Shown here: positions 9,552 to 20,112 of the stretch, piece after piece
Numbering within the stretch: the stretch's first letter is position 1
Layout: every line of letters begins with the position of its first letter
Assembly: GCA_039794045.1 (NCBI GenBank)
Contig: JBAMLY010000009.1
Location: 27,356-91,355, forward strand
Source of the DNA: Candidatus Micrarchaeia archaeon
GTDB taxonomy: Archaea > Micrarchaeota > Micrarchaeia > Norongarragalinales > UBA8480
Direction of reading: 5' to 3'
DNA length: 64,000 nt
Made by a program: the position numbers and the translations under genes
Notes under the pieces: generated by a model
Told to the model about the DNA's origin: nothing
The model's input: the letters and a program-made list of their open reading frames with translations, nothing else
Database searches by the model: none

Positions 9552-10283
9552 CTATTGCTTTGAACGCCAGAGCTTTACGGCGACGAACGCAATTACGCCC
9601 ACCAGCAACACAAAAGGCACTACGCCGAACATGTTTTCGTAGAAGTCGGCAAAGAACTGGTTGACTTCTTCCGCGAGAGGCTGTTCAACAGAGTAAACTA
9701 TTTTCCACGAGCCCACGAGCGGGCCGTTCCAAGTAAGCACGTTTCCCTCTAACGAGTCGGGGGCTGGAGCAGCTTCAACTAAGTAAGCGTCGGATGGCAA
9801 AACAAAGCGGAGTTGCATTCCGTTGCCTAAAACCATTTCCTTGTTCTTGGACAAGTCGAACGACAAATAACTCGAGTGAAGAGAGTAAGTTGTGAGGCGG
9901 CTGCTGGTCTTCTCGGCGTCAAAGAGGGAAGAGTCAACGTCGTAGTCAACCATGATGCTTCCCGCTTGAAAACTCAAACCGTATTCCCTGCGCGCGGTTA
10001 TCTTGGTGGTGGCGAGCCGAACTATTTCGCCGCTGAAGTGGTAGCGGACGTTGCGGCTGAACTTCTTCCACTCCAGAACGCTGTTTTCTCCGGTGTTTAA
10101 GTACGCGTCGAACTCTTCTTTCTCTAAGTCGTTGGAGAAGATGATCACTGTTTTTTCTGTGACGTGCGCGCTGCCGTCGTGGTTTATTTTGACGTTGACT
10201 GAGAAAGAGTAGTCAGAGTAGGCGGCTGCCGAGCCGGCGAACAAGAGAACGCACAACGCCCATAAAACGCGTTTTAAGACCAT
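9552..10283 (-). CDS. Hypothetical exported protein with C-terminal membrane anchor
   Basis: N-terminal signal peptide, beta-rich body and a C-terminal TM helix followed by basic residues. Confidence 0.75.
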   Translation of the reverse strand: MVLKRVLWALCVLLFAGSAAAYSDYSFSVNVKINHDGSAHVTEKTVIIFSNDLEKEEFDAYLNTGENSVLEWKKFSRNVRYHFSGEIVRLATTKITARREYGLSFQAGSIMVDYDVDSSLFDAEKTSSRLTTYSLHSSYLSFDLSKNKEMVLGNGMQLRFVLPSDAYLVEAAPAPDSLEGNVLTWNGPLVGSWKIVYSVEQPLAEEVNQFFADFYENMFGVVPFVLLVGVIAFVAVKLWRSKQ

Positions 10284-10324
10284 GATATTATTTATTCGCC
10301 CGCGATTTAAAAAGCTGGATTAAA

Positions 10325-10939
10325 TTGAAGGCCGTAATTAGTTTCGCGCTAGTAATAGCGATGGTGGTGCCGTTGACGGCGTTCGCGGCGCTTCAAGAAA
10401 AAGCTTCTTCAGCCGCGGCGCAAGCGGACTACAGAGTACTGTTGCTGGAGAAAAGGCATTACGCTGAAATGGAGTTGAAGGAGTCCTTGAAGCAAGTGCT
10501 GGAAAGCGCTCGAGGAAGCTCGCGCGAGGAAAGAGTGGCGGACGTGGCCTTCAAGCTGGCGGAGTGGGAGTGGTTCGAAGAAAAAGAATTTGCTTCGCGT
10601 GGCATCTCGCTTGACTTGTGGTGCGGCGTGGCAACGGAACAAGAAATTTCTTTGCTGAAAAACAAAGTGCTTGAAGCGCGGCGTGCTGTAAAGCCGTTTT
10701 TCGCTCACGACTTTTCAGAGCTGGTGGTCGGGTGGAGGGGCGAACTCGTGCCCGCGGCAATGGCTTTCCTTGAATCCGATGCGCTCGGCAAGGCAAGGAT
10801 TTCGCGCAACGGATTTTCCTTAGTTCCAGAAATCGCGCAAGTGTACGGCGCCGCAGGCGGGCGCGTGTTTTTTGGCGCCAGCCTTTACTTTAGGGAGGGA
10901 GTAGCCGCGGTAGCGCTAGCCGGAGAGGATTTCGAGTGA
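10325..10939 (+). CDS. Pilin-like or membrane-anchored hypothetical protein (first gene of minor-pilin cassette A)
   Basis: Short KA plus hydrophobic N-terminus; overlaps the next gene (GTGA). Confidence 0.6.
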   Translation: MKAVISFALVIAMVVPLTAFAALQEKASSAAAQADYRVLLLEKRHYAEMELKESLKQVLESARGSSREERVADVAFKLAEWEWFEEKEFASRGISLDLWCGVATEQEISLLKNKVLEARRAVKPFFAHDFSELVVGWRGELVPAAMAFLESDALGKARISRNGFSLVPEIAQVYGAAGGRVFFGASLYFREGVAAVALAGEDFE

Positions 10940-11295
10940 AGGCACAGCTTTCAATGGAGTTCATGGTTTCCTCTGCGGCTTATCTTGCGTTGATTACGGC
11001 TTTCCTTGCGCTCGAAGGAGGAATCGCTGAAACAATTCAAGGCAAGACAGCAGGAGTGACGGCGCGAATGCGGGCGGAAAACGCTTGCTTTTTCGTAGAC
11101 TCTTTCGCGTTGAACGGCAAGAACACTGCAATGCGGTTGGGCGCAGAAAACTTGAGCGCGGCAGGCGAGCACTTGTTGTCCGTGTCGTTCACCGCGCGAG
11201 GCGGAGTGCAAGCGAGTGCGAACGCCTCCTGTCTTGCTTCAATTCAAGGCGCTCAAGAAATGCGAGTAAAACAAAGCGAGAAAGATTTTTCGTGA
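10936..11295 (+). CDS. Class III signal peptide pilin-like protein
   Basis: KA|QLSMEF plus hydrophobic helix (Q+1, E+5). Confidence 0.78.
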   Translation: MKAQLSMEFMVSSAAYLALITAFLALEGGIAETIQGKTAGVTARMRAENACFFVDSFALNGKNTAMRLGAENLSAAGEHLLSVSFTARGGVQASANASCLASIQGAQEMRVKQSEKDFS

Positions 11296-11702
11296 AGAAA
11301 GGGTTTTTTTCTTCTGATGCCGCAATCGCGTCCTTGCTAGTGATAGCTATAATGGGTTTAGCTGTTTTTTCCTTGCGCGCCAACGCTATAAGCCTCGAAC
11401 AAAAAAGCAGGGAAGCATTCCTGGAGCGCGTGGCCATAGAATCTGCCGACTTCTTGTTGAAAAAGTGCGTTGGCGAGGGAGGGATTGCCGAGTGCAGCGC
11501 AACCGTGCACTCTCACGAGCTCGTGCAAGACGCTGAAAGCGCGGCGCGCGAGGAAGCTAGCGAGCTTTCCAGGTTTTTCGGGGCAAGAGTGGAAGCATGG
11601 GTGCGCCCTGTTGGCGCGGAAGTAGTTGGCGGCGGCGTTTGCGTGAAGAGGCTTGCCTTGCTTGAAGAAAAGGAAGTAGTGTTGGTGGTGTGCGCGCGGT
11701 GA
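11292..11702 (+). CDS. Minor pilin-like protein
   Basis: GTG start overlapping the upstream stop; KKG|FFSSDAAIA plus hydrophobic helix. Confidence 0.72.
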   Translation: MKKGFFSSDAAIASLLVIAIMGLAVFSLRANAISLEQKSREAFLERVAIESADFLLKKCVGEGGIAECSATVHSHELVQDAESAAREEASELSRFFGARVEAWVRPVGAEVVGGGVCVKRLALLEEKEVVLVVCAR

Positions 11703-12094
11703 AGGGACTAGTTTTCTCTGTAGAGGCTTTGTTGAGCTTGCTCGCGGCAACCGGTTTTGCTGCGCTGGTTGTAACCTCCAACGCGCCTGTCGGGCACGAG
11801 AGGGTTTACGAGTTCCAATTGGCGCAAGACTTTGCTGAAGTCTTGTGCAAGAGCCACGAAAACAGGAAGGCGGTAGTTGAATTAGCTGGCGGGGGCGAGG
11901 CAACCGCGTTGCGCGAAAAAATTTTTGAGGCAGTGCACTCTCTGGGAAACTATTGCGTTAAAGTAAAGGCTGCAGAAAACGAGATCACAGTAAACTGCGA
12001 TAGACAGCCAAACAATTTCGCGTCGGCGCAGAGGACTTTCTTTGACGGCAAAAAGTTTTTCGTCGCCAGCGTTTCGGTTGGCTATTTTTCTTGA
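11699..12094 (+). CDS. Minor pilin-like protein
   Basis: GTG start overlapping the upstream stop; KG|LVFSVEALLSL plus hydrophobic helix. Confidence 0.72.
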   Translation: MKGLVFSVEALLSLLAATGFAALVVTSNAPVGHERVYEFQLAQDFAEVLCKSHENRKAVVELAGGGEATALREKIFEAVHSLGNYCVKVKAAENEITVNCDRQPNNFASAQRTFFDGKKFFVASVSVGYFS

Positions 12095-12513
12095 GCGAAT
12101 GACACCCGCACTTCCCCGTTCAAGCAAGAAACAGTTGCCTGAAAGCTTCCACGTGGAAGTCGAGTGGCGTTATAGAGGCTCACTGGGAATGAGAGGGCGC
12201 GCGAACTGTTTGAAGCCCTGCCACTTGAAGCAAAACTCATGCGAAGCTCGCCGGAGTCGGCGTCAAAGAAAAAAGAAGTATTGTCTGCCGGCAGGAAAAC
12301 AGGGGTTGAAAAAGAGTTGCCGTTGCCGAGCACTGACGCATGCGAAGCCGCTTCCGCTACCCTGCTTAAAGCGCTTTCTTGAGCGCGCGACACTGCCGCG
12401 AAATTCGCGAGCGCGCGCGCAGAATTTATTGCTGGAATAAAGGCGGCAAGAAAAGCGAACAACGCCGCAAGAAGAATTATTAGTTCAACGCTGGCCTGGC
12501 TGTGCTTGCGCAT
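12082..12513 (-). CDS. Class III signal peptide pilin-like protein
   Basis: MRKHS|QASVELIILL plus hydrophobic helix. Confidence 0.75.
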   Translation of the reverse strand: MRKHSQASVELIILLAALFAFLAAFIPAINSARALANFAAVSRAQESALSRVAEAASHASVLGNGNSFSTPVFLPADNTSFFFDADSGELRMSFASSGRASNSSRALSFPVSLYNATRLPRGSFQATVSCLNGEVRVSFAQEK

Positions 12514-13063
12514 TATTCCAAGCTCCTACTTGAGAGAGCAGTTCGCTGGCTGACTCGAAGTCCACGAGCGTCTTAAAGCATCCGTCGTTCAACAAAGCGA
12601 CTCCGAGCGCTGGAATCCCGAGTTTTTCGCATGCCGCCAACCCGTCCTCTATTTCGCGAATGCACCCAAAGCCAATAACTGCGCCGGGCTTCTCGCGCTT
12701 TATTATCCTGAATAATATGGTGCTGCCGGGAGTAACGAAAACAGGTATTTTCAGACGCTCCTGCAAGAGCTTTACTTGGCAGGTGTCGTCGCACTTCTTG
12801 CAATGAAACCCGTTCTCGTCAAAGGAAGCGCGGCACTCGCCTTTAACGAGGCGGACGGGACTGCGAATGCAGTGCGGAAGGAAAGCGATTTTCTTTTTAG
12901 CTGCCTTGACTGCGGCGAGGTTTTTGTAGTTCTTTGCGCCTATTATGACGAGTGAAGCCTCGCGCTCGCTTATGCCGAACAAGTCGGCTACCCTGAGCTT
13001 CAAATCCTTTGAACTCAAGTCGAAGGCTATTGCCCTCTGAATAAAGTCTTTGAGTACGCTCAT
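12485..13063 (-). CDS. DUF116-like Cys-containing protein
   Basis: FLPHCIR, C..C..C, VF.TPGST, G.GC.RE and L.NDGC..T pattern. Confidence 0.75.
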   Translation of the reverse strand: MSVLKDFIQRAIAFDLSSKDLKLRVADLFGISEREASLVIIGAKNYKNLAAVKAAKKKIAFLPHCIRSPVRLVKGECRASFDENGFHCKKCDDTCQVKLLQERLKIPVFVTPGSTILFRIIKREKPGAVIGFGCIREIEDGLAACEKLGIPALGVALLNDGCFKTLVDFESASELLSQVGAWNNAQAQPGQR

Positions 13064-13098
13064 TCAAATCAAGCAATAGAGTGGTGGACAAAGCTTTT

Positions 13099-13266
13099 CT
13101 ACTTTATGTCCGCTATCTCGTCGAACGCTTTTTCGGTTTCGTTGCCGATTACTTTTTTTCCGGTTTGAGCCGTGCGCTGAAGCTGAGTAATCAAAACGAC
13201 TGCAACTGCAATGACTGCTGCAATGATTATTATTAGTTCGGCGCTGACTTGAGCTTTCTCGTCCAT
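13099..13266 (-). CDS. Small class III signal peptide pilin (DUF361-like)
   Basis: 55 aa: MDEKA|QVSAELIIIIAAVIAVAVVLI followed by a short amphipathic tail. Confidence 0.82.
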   Translation of the reverse strand: MDEKAQVSAELIIIIAAVIAVAVVLITQLQRTAQTGKKVIGNETEKAFDEIADIK

Positions 13267-13280
13267 TTCTTTGTTCCTCC

Positions 13281-13904
13281 TCAGGCGGGCGTTCCCGCGA
13301 AAAACGCCGGGCCGAAAACCAGCAAGAAAAGCACGGCAGTTAACACTACCCATACAACTGCGTTCCACTTAAATATTTTCTCTCCATCGAAAGGAAAGAA
13401 GGGAATGGTGTTGAAGAGACCAAGCCAAGCGTTCGCCTTGTAGCCCAACCCTCCCACGAGCGCAACCATTCCCGCAGCTTCCTTGTTGCCTGAAGCCAGC
13501 ACGAGGGGGACGACGAAGAACAACACTCCAGCGAAAAACAATGCGACAACCAAGTTAGTGAGCGGCCCGGCGATAGAAATCACTCCGTTCTGCTTGCGGT
13601 TAAGGTGCGGCCCAAAAATATATACCGCGCCAGGCGCCGCGAAAACTATTCCCATGAATGAAGTCATTACAGCTACAAGCAGCCCAACCGGCCAGGCGCG
13701 AAACGCAGCGAAAGCACCATAGTGCTGCGCAGTGTACTTGTGAGCCAACTCGTGCAATACGAAGCCTGCGCCCACCGTCAAGAGAACGACTGCAAACGTG
13801 ACGGCAAAGCTTGCGTCAGAAGGCACTCCCGCGAACGCTACAGAGAAAGCAAAAGAAATTACGGTAAGGGCAACGAAAATGTTCAGCATTTCTTGGTTAT
13901 CCAT
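13281..13904 (-). CDS. Site-2 protease family (M50) intramembrane metalloprotease
   Basis: HELAH within a TM segment, AGPLTN and NTIPFFPFDG motifs. Confidence 0.92.
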   Translation of the reverse strand: MDNQEMLNIFVALTVISFAFSVAFAGVPSDASFAVTFAVVLLTVGAGFVLHELAHKYTAQHYGAFAAFRAWPVGLLVAVMTSFMGIVFAAPGAVYIFGPHLNRKQNGVISIAGPLTNLVVALFFAGVLFFVVPLVLASGNKEAAGMVALVGGLGYKANAWLGLFNTIPFFPFDGEKIFKWNAVVWVVLTAVLFLLVFGPAFFAGTPA

Positions 13905-13955
13905 AAAATTCTCCTCTCCTGCCACCAATTGCTTCAAACTTCTGCGTTAGCCACT

Positions 13956-16121
<2,166 letters not shown>

Positions 16122-16904
16122 TCAAGCAGCGTCTGCGTCGCCGGGAAGCCACGCAAGCACGCCGTCATTGTTCGTTAAACCAAGAATCTTAATAACCATT
16201 TTCGCAAAATCAGTTTTCTTCACGCGCCCAGGCACCACCCGCAAAGCGCCAGCGGGCTTGGGGCAAACCACTGGAAGCACTGAAAGAATGCCTTCCCTCG
16301 CGAAGAACCACAGGCCAAGCGGAACGCCTCGAAACCACTTTCTCTCTCCGTAAATCATGAAGCCGCCCTTTGCCACGAACTCGCCGTGAGAATACTTGCT
16401 GACTTGGTCGGGCTTCACCGCGTAAACGTCGCAAGAACTAAAGCCACCCTTCCAAGCGCTGCTGTAACTCGCAGCCCAGCAAGCAGTTTCCAGCAAGTCC
16501 TTCTCGCCAGCTTTTTGTCCGTCCTTTAAAATCGTTGCTGGCGCGCCATGAACGTCTGCGTGAAAAAACAAGTCCCCTTCACGCAAGTACTTGGCAGCAA
16601 GCAACTCATTTTGCTTCGCATCCCTCCCAGCAACGACGAGGAACCCCCCACTCGTGCGAAACCACCGGAAAGCCTCAAACCACTCACGCTTGCGTGCTTC
16701 CTTGACGCGCACGCGCGGCGCTTCGCTCGCAGCACTTTTTTCTTCCTCTAACGCGATCTGCTTTCTTACTTCCTCCATGGAAGCAAGGGCTGCCTCGCGC
16801 TTGCGCTTGGCTTCCTTGGCTGCGTCGAAGTGCTTTGCCGCGTTCTGCCGCGCACTCAGATTCAAGTCAATCTCTACCTGCATTAAAATCACTTTCTCCT
16901 GCAT
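16122..16904 (-). CDS. NFACT RNA-binding domain protein (short Rqc2/RqcH-like)
   Basis: IDLNLSARQNA, W.E.FRWF.TS.GFLVVAGRDAKQNE, FFHADVHGAP and GEF..KGGFMIYGER. Lacks the N-terminal NFACT-N region. Alternative start at about 16883. Confidence 0.88.
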   Translation of the reverse strand: MQEKVILMQVEIDLNLSARQNAAKHFDAAKEAKRKREAALASMEEVRKQIALEEEKSAASEAPRVRVKEARKREWFEAFRWFRTSGGFLVVAGRDAKQNELLAAKYLREGDLFFHADVHGAPATILKDGQKAGEKDLLETACWAASYSSAWKGGFSSCDVYAVKPDQVSKYSHGEFVAKGGFMIYGERKWFRGVPLGLWFFAREGILSVLPVVCPKPAGALRVVPGRVKKTDFAKMVIKILGLTNNDGVLAWLPGDADAA

Positions 16905-17179
16905 CTCACGAAAATTATACGCAAGCCCTCTACTATTTCGTTGTCAGGGTTTATGCCGAAAAACCTTTCACGACCCCGCCTCTCCTCGGATACGAGACCA
17001 AGCCGCTCCAAGTTCTCCATTTCCCTGTGCACCGCGCTGAACGCCAAATCGAGTTGCTCGGAAAGCTCGCGCAAGTAAAAACTCTCGCCAGATTCTTCCA
17101 GCAACTTTGCCAAGATGAGTGCACGCGTCCGCGAACCAAACAAGCGCTCAACACGCGAAATATCTAACCTTGAAATCAT
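16889..17179 (-). CDS. Winged-helix (ArsR-like) transcriptional regulator
   Basis: LFGSRTRALIL..YLRELSEQLDLAFSAVHREMENLERLGLV....GRERFF. Confidence 0.85.
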   Translation of the reverse strand: MISRLDISRVERLFGSRTRALILAKLLEESGESFYLRELSEQLDLAFSAVHREMENLERLGLVSEERRGRERFFGINPDNEIVEGLRIIFVRCRRK

Positions 17180-17201
17180 ATTATCTAATATTTAGATAAT
17201 A
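17179..17201. promoter_or_regulatory. Palindromic operator candidate TATTATCTAA-TAT-TTAGATAATA
   Basis: Perfect 10-bp inverted repeat with a 3-nt spacer. It lies between a minus-strand TATA-like TTATTAAT (about 17205-17212) and the wHTH start codon. Confidence 0.7.
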
Positions 17202-17240
17202 GGATTAATAATGTTTTGGGTTACTCACAACAGTGTAAAA

Positions 17241-19292
17241 TCAGTTACTTTCTTTCTTCTTTCCCCAGTTCTTCTTGGTTTCGCAGGCGGGGTCGAGGCA
17301 CATCCTGAACGGGCGCTTGCCTTTGCGGACGATGGTCACTATTGGAGTCCCGCACTTTTCGCAGGTCTTGCCTGTGGACTTGGGGACCGCGTCTTTGGGA
17401 AGCGAGTAAACGTTGCGGCACTCTGGGTAGGCGTTGCACCCCACGAAATAGCCGTACTTGCTCTTGCGTATGACGAGCATTCCTTTCCCGCATTTGCTGC
17501 ACTTGCCGAGAGTGTTGGCGGAAGACTGGGTTACACGCAGTCCTTTGAGGAGGTCGGCGCCTATCTCTTGCTCTTTTTTCCTGAATTTTTCGAGTATGGC
17601 TGAAAGTTCTTTGCGGCTGTCCTCCAGCACTTTTTCTCTTGAAAGCCTTGCCTCCTGAATTTCCTCCATTTCTTTTTCGAGCGAGCGAGTCATTTCCTCG
17701 CTTAGAATGTCTGGTGCGTGCTTTTTGAGTGCCTCGAAAACAGTCATTCCCAACGGGGTTACCTCTATGTTTTTCTCGCCGCGCAAGTAGCCCCTGTCGA
17801 AGAGCGTTTGAATTATGGCGGCGCGCGTTGCCTTCGTGCCCAACTCTTTTTCCTCGAGTTTTTTCACTAGGGAAGCGAGGGTGTAGCGCTTTGGCGGCTG
17901 CGTTTGTTTTTCCACTAACTCTATCTTGCTGGCCTCTATTTGTTGTCCTTCCTTGAAGGAAGGCAGCATTACTTCGTCCAAGGAAGCATAGGGAGCATAG
18001 AAATCTATCCAGCCAGGCTCGAGCGTGTGCGTGCCAGTAACCGAGTAAGGCTCTCCACCTATTTCCGCGTGAACGCAGTCAGTTTCCCTCCGCGCTTCCT
18101 CGGCGAAGCAGGCGAGGAACCTGCGCGTTATCAAGTCATACAATTTTTTTTGTTGCTCTCCTATTTCCGAGGGCTTCAACCCAGTCGGGTGAATTGCTGG
18201 ATGCGCTGGATCCTCTTTTTTTCCTTCGCTTGGCTTGAAGCGGTTCGCTGCCTGAAGCCTGCCTGCAAGCTCAGAGTAAGCAGGGTTTTCAGCAAGCAAC
18301 GAAATTATTTTCTTGAGGTTGAGTTTGGAGGGCAGTTTCTGCGAGGAAGTGCGCGGATAGGAAATGAGGGCTGCTTCGTAAAGGTTTTGCGCCAGCTGCA
18401 GGGTCTGCGTCGGAGAAAACCCGAACGCGCCGTAGGCTTCCACTTGAAGGCTAGTTAAGTCAAACGGGTGCGGTGGAAGCTGGCGGAACTCCTTGCGTTC
18501 CACGCGAACTATTCTCGCGCCGCGTTTTCCAGCCAAGCTTTTCTCGTAAGCTGCCACGGCTTTCTCTTTGTCGAAGAAATTGCCTGCCTCGTGGGAAAAG
18601 CGGACGCCGTGCTGCTTTTCGTAAGCGAACAACTGCCAGTACGGCTGGGGCTTGAATGCGCTTATCTCGTTTTCTTTTTTCGCGAGCAAGGCAAGCGCTG
18701 GTCCCTGCACTCGCCCAATGCTTAAGACGCGGAAAGCGCCTGCTTTTTTTATTGCGCTCATGAGAGCGCGGGAGAGGTTAATGCCCCAAACCCAGTCTAC
18801 TTCGTGGCGGGTGCGACCTGCCTCTACTGCTTTGGAATCTTGGGGGCCGGCGTGCTCGAAGGCTTCAACTAAATCTTCTGCGACGAGTGTGGAGAAATAC
18901 ATTCTCTTCGGCTTTTTCACTCCGCACGCGAACTCTAAAATGTTGGCTGCGATTACCTCGCCTTCAACGTCCCAGTCAGTGGCAGCCACGAAGTCGTCTG
19001 CTTTCTTGGCGAGCTTCTTTATGTTGTTCAAGTAGTCTTTCGTGAAAGCGCTTTCCTTGCTTACCTCGTAGGAAGGAACCCACTCTACTTCAAATGAAGG
19101 GTAAGAGTACCCTTTCTCTTTGGAGCGCAGTCCATACAAGTGACCCACGGCTGGCGCGACTATCACTTGCTTGCCGTTGTGAGTCAACTCGAACCAATAG
19201 ACTTGCTTTGCACGCTCTTGCTTGGGTTTTGAGTCAGCCAACGCCGCAGCTATTTTTGCTGCAGCCTGTGGTTTTTCTGCGAGAACCAGCAC
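17241..19292 (-). CDS. topA: Type IA DNA topoisomerase with C-terminal Zn ribbons
   Basis: AEKP, VGHL, ATDWDVEGE, SIGRVQ, catalytic ISYPRTS, LGTKATRA and C4 zinc ribbons. Confidence 0.95.
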   Translation of the reverse strand: MLVLAEKPQAAAKIAAALADSKPKQERAKQVYWFELTHNGKQVIVAPAVGHLYGLRSKEKGYSYPSFEVEWVPSYEVSKESAFTKDYLNNIKKLAKKADDFVAATDWDVEGEVIAANILEFACGVKKPKRMYFSTLVAEDLVEAFEHAGPQDSKAVEAGRTRHEVDWVWGINLSRALMSAIKKAGAFRVLSIGRVQGPALALLAKKENEISAFKPQPYWQLFAYEKQHGVRFSHEAGNFFDKEKAVAAYEKSLAGKRGARIVRVERKEFRQLPPHPFDLTSLQVEAYGAFGFSPTQTLQLAQNLYEAALISYPRTSSQKLPSKLNLKKIISLLAENPAYSELAGRLQAANRFKPSEGKKEDPAHPAIHPTGLKPSEIGEQQKKLYDLITRRFLACFAEEARRETDCVHAEIGGEPYSVTGTHTLEPGWIDFYAPYASLDEVMLPSFKEGQQIEASKIELVEKQTQPPKRYTLASLVKKLEEKELGTKATRAAIIQTLFDRGYLRGEKNIEVTPLGMTVFEALKKHAPDILSEEMTRSLEKEMEEIQEARLSREKVLEDSRKELSAILEKFRKKEQEIGADLLKGLRVTQSSANTLGKCSKCGKGMLVIRKSKYGYFVGCNAYPECRNVYSLPKDAVPKSTGKTCEKCGTPIVTIVRKGKRPFRMCLDPACETKKNWGKKKESN

Positions 19293-19316
19293 TACCAGAA
19301 AGCATTACCTTGCCTT

Positions 19317-20060
19317 TCAGCCGAGAATAGAGTACTTAGACAAATAAATTTGGACTTTGAGGCACTCCAGGAAAGGCAGGATTGCGAGCGCATTGACTAC
19401 TATTGACAAGTAACGCGAAATCATTGCCTGCTCTCCCAACGCCGTCCCCAAAGCCAGGAAAAGCGCGTCGTTCGCGAGCAACAACAATACTGCAACGCCG
19501 AAAAAGCCTGCAACGTAAAACGGCTTGCGCGTCAGCAAAGAAATGCTCCTGCTGAAAACGTGTCTCGCCTCCAAGTCCTCTAAAACTATTGCTTGGCCAG
19601 CGAAAAGCACTGAAAGCGATAACGCGAAAGAGAAAAGCGCTCCAAGGAAAGTATGCAAACCGAAATCGTAGAGCAAGTAGTTGACGCCGAAGCTCACGGC
19701 GAAAACCGCGGCGTAAACGAGGAACAACTTGAATGTTTGAACCTCTATTTTTTCGATGTCGCGCGAATTCAAGCGCAACAGCGTCCTCTGCGACTTTATC
19801 ACAAGGTTTACTGCCACGACAGAGAAAGCGAATAGTAAGAGTGCGAAAACAAGGGCAGCGAAAATCAGTAAGGCGTCAAAGATCGTCAAGTCGTGGCGAA
19901 TGCTTCCAAAACGCAGGAAAATGCTTCCCAGGGAAACAAAGTTGGGGAGTACTAGCGCAAGGGGAAACGAAACCAGGAAGGGAATGCTGAAAAACGAAAT
20001 GAGTTTGAAGTTGCGGATGTAAGCAGATAAAGCGTGCCTCAACACGGCATAGAAAGACAT
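19317..20060 (-). CDS. Polytopic membrane protein, hypothetical
   Basis: About six hydrophobic segments in 247 aa. Confidence 0.75.
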   Translation of the reverse strand: MSFYAVLRHALSAYIRNFKLISFFSIPFLVSFPLALVLPNFVSLGSIFLRFGSIRHDLTIFDALLIFAALVFALLLFAFSVVAVNLVIKSQRTLLRLNSRDIEKIEVQTFKLFLVYAAVFAVSFGVNYLLYDFGLHTFLGALFSFALSLSVLFAGQAIVLEDLEARHVFSRSISLLTRKPFYVAGFFGVAVLLLLANDALFLALGTALGEQAMISRYLSIVVNALAILPFLECLKVQIYLSKYSILG

Positions 20061-20112
20061 TCTATTACACCTGGAGTTGTTTAGTGCTCCACTGATTTTA
20101 AATTAAACGGTT

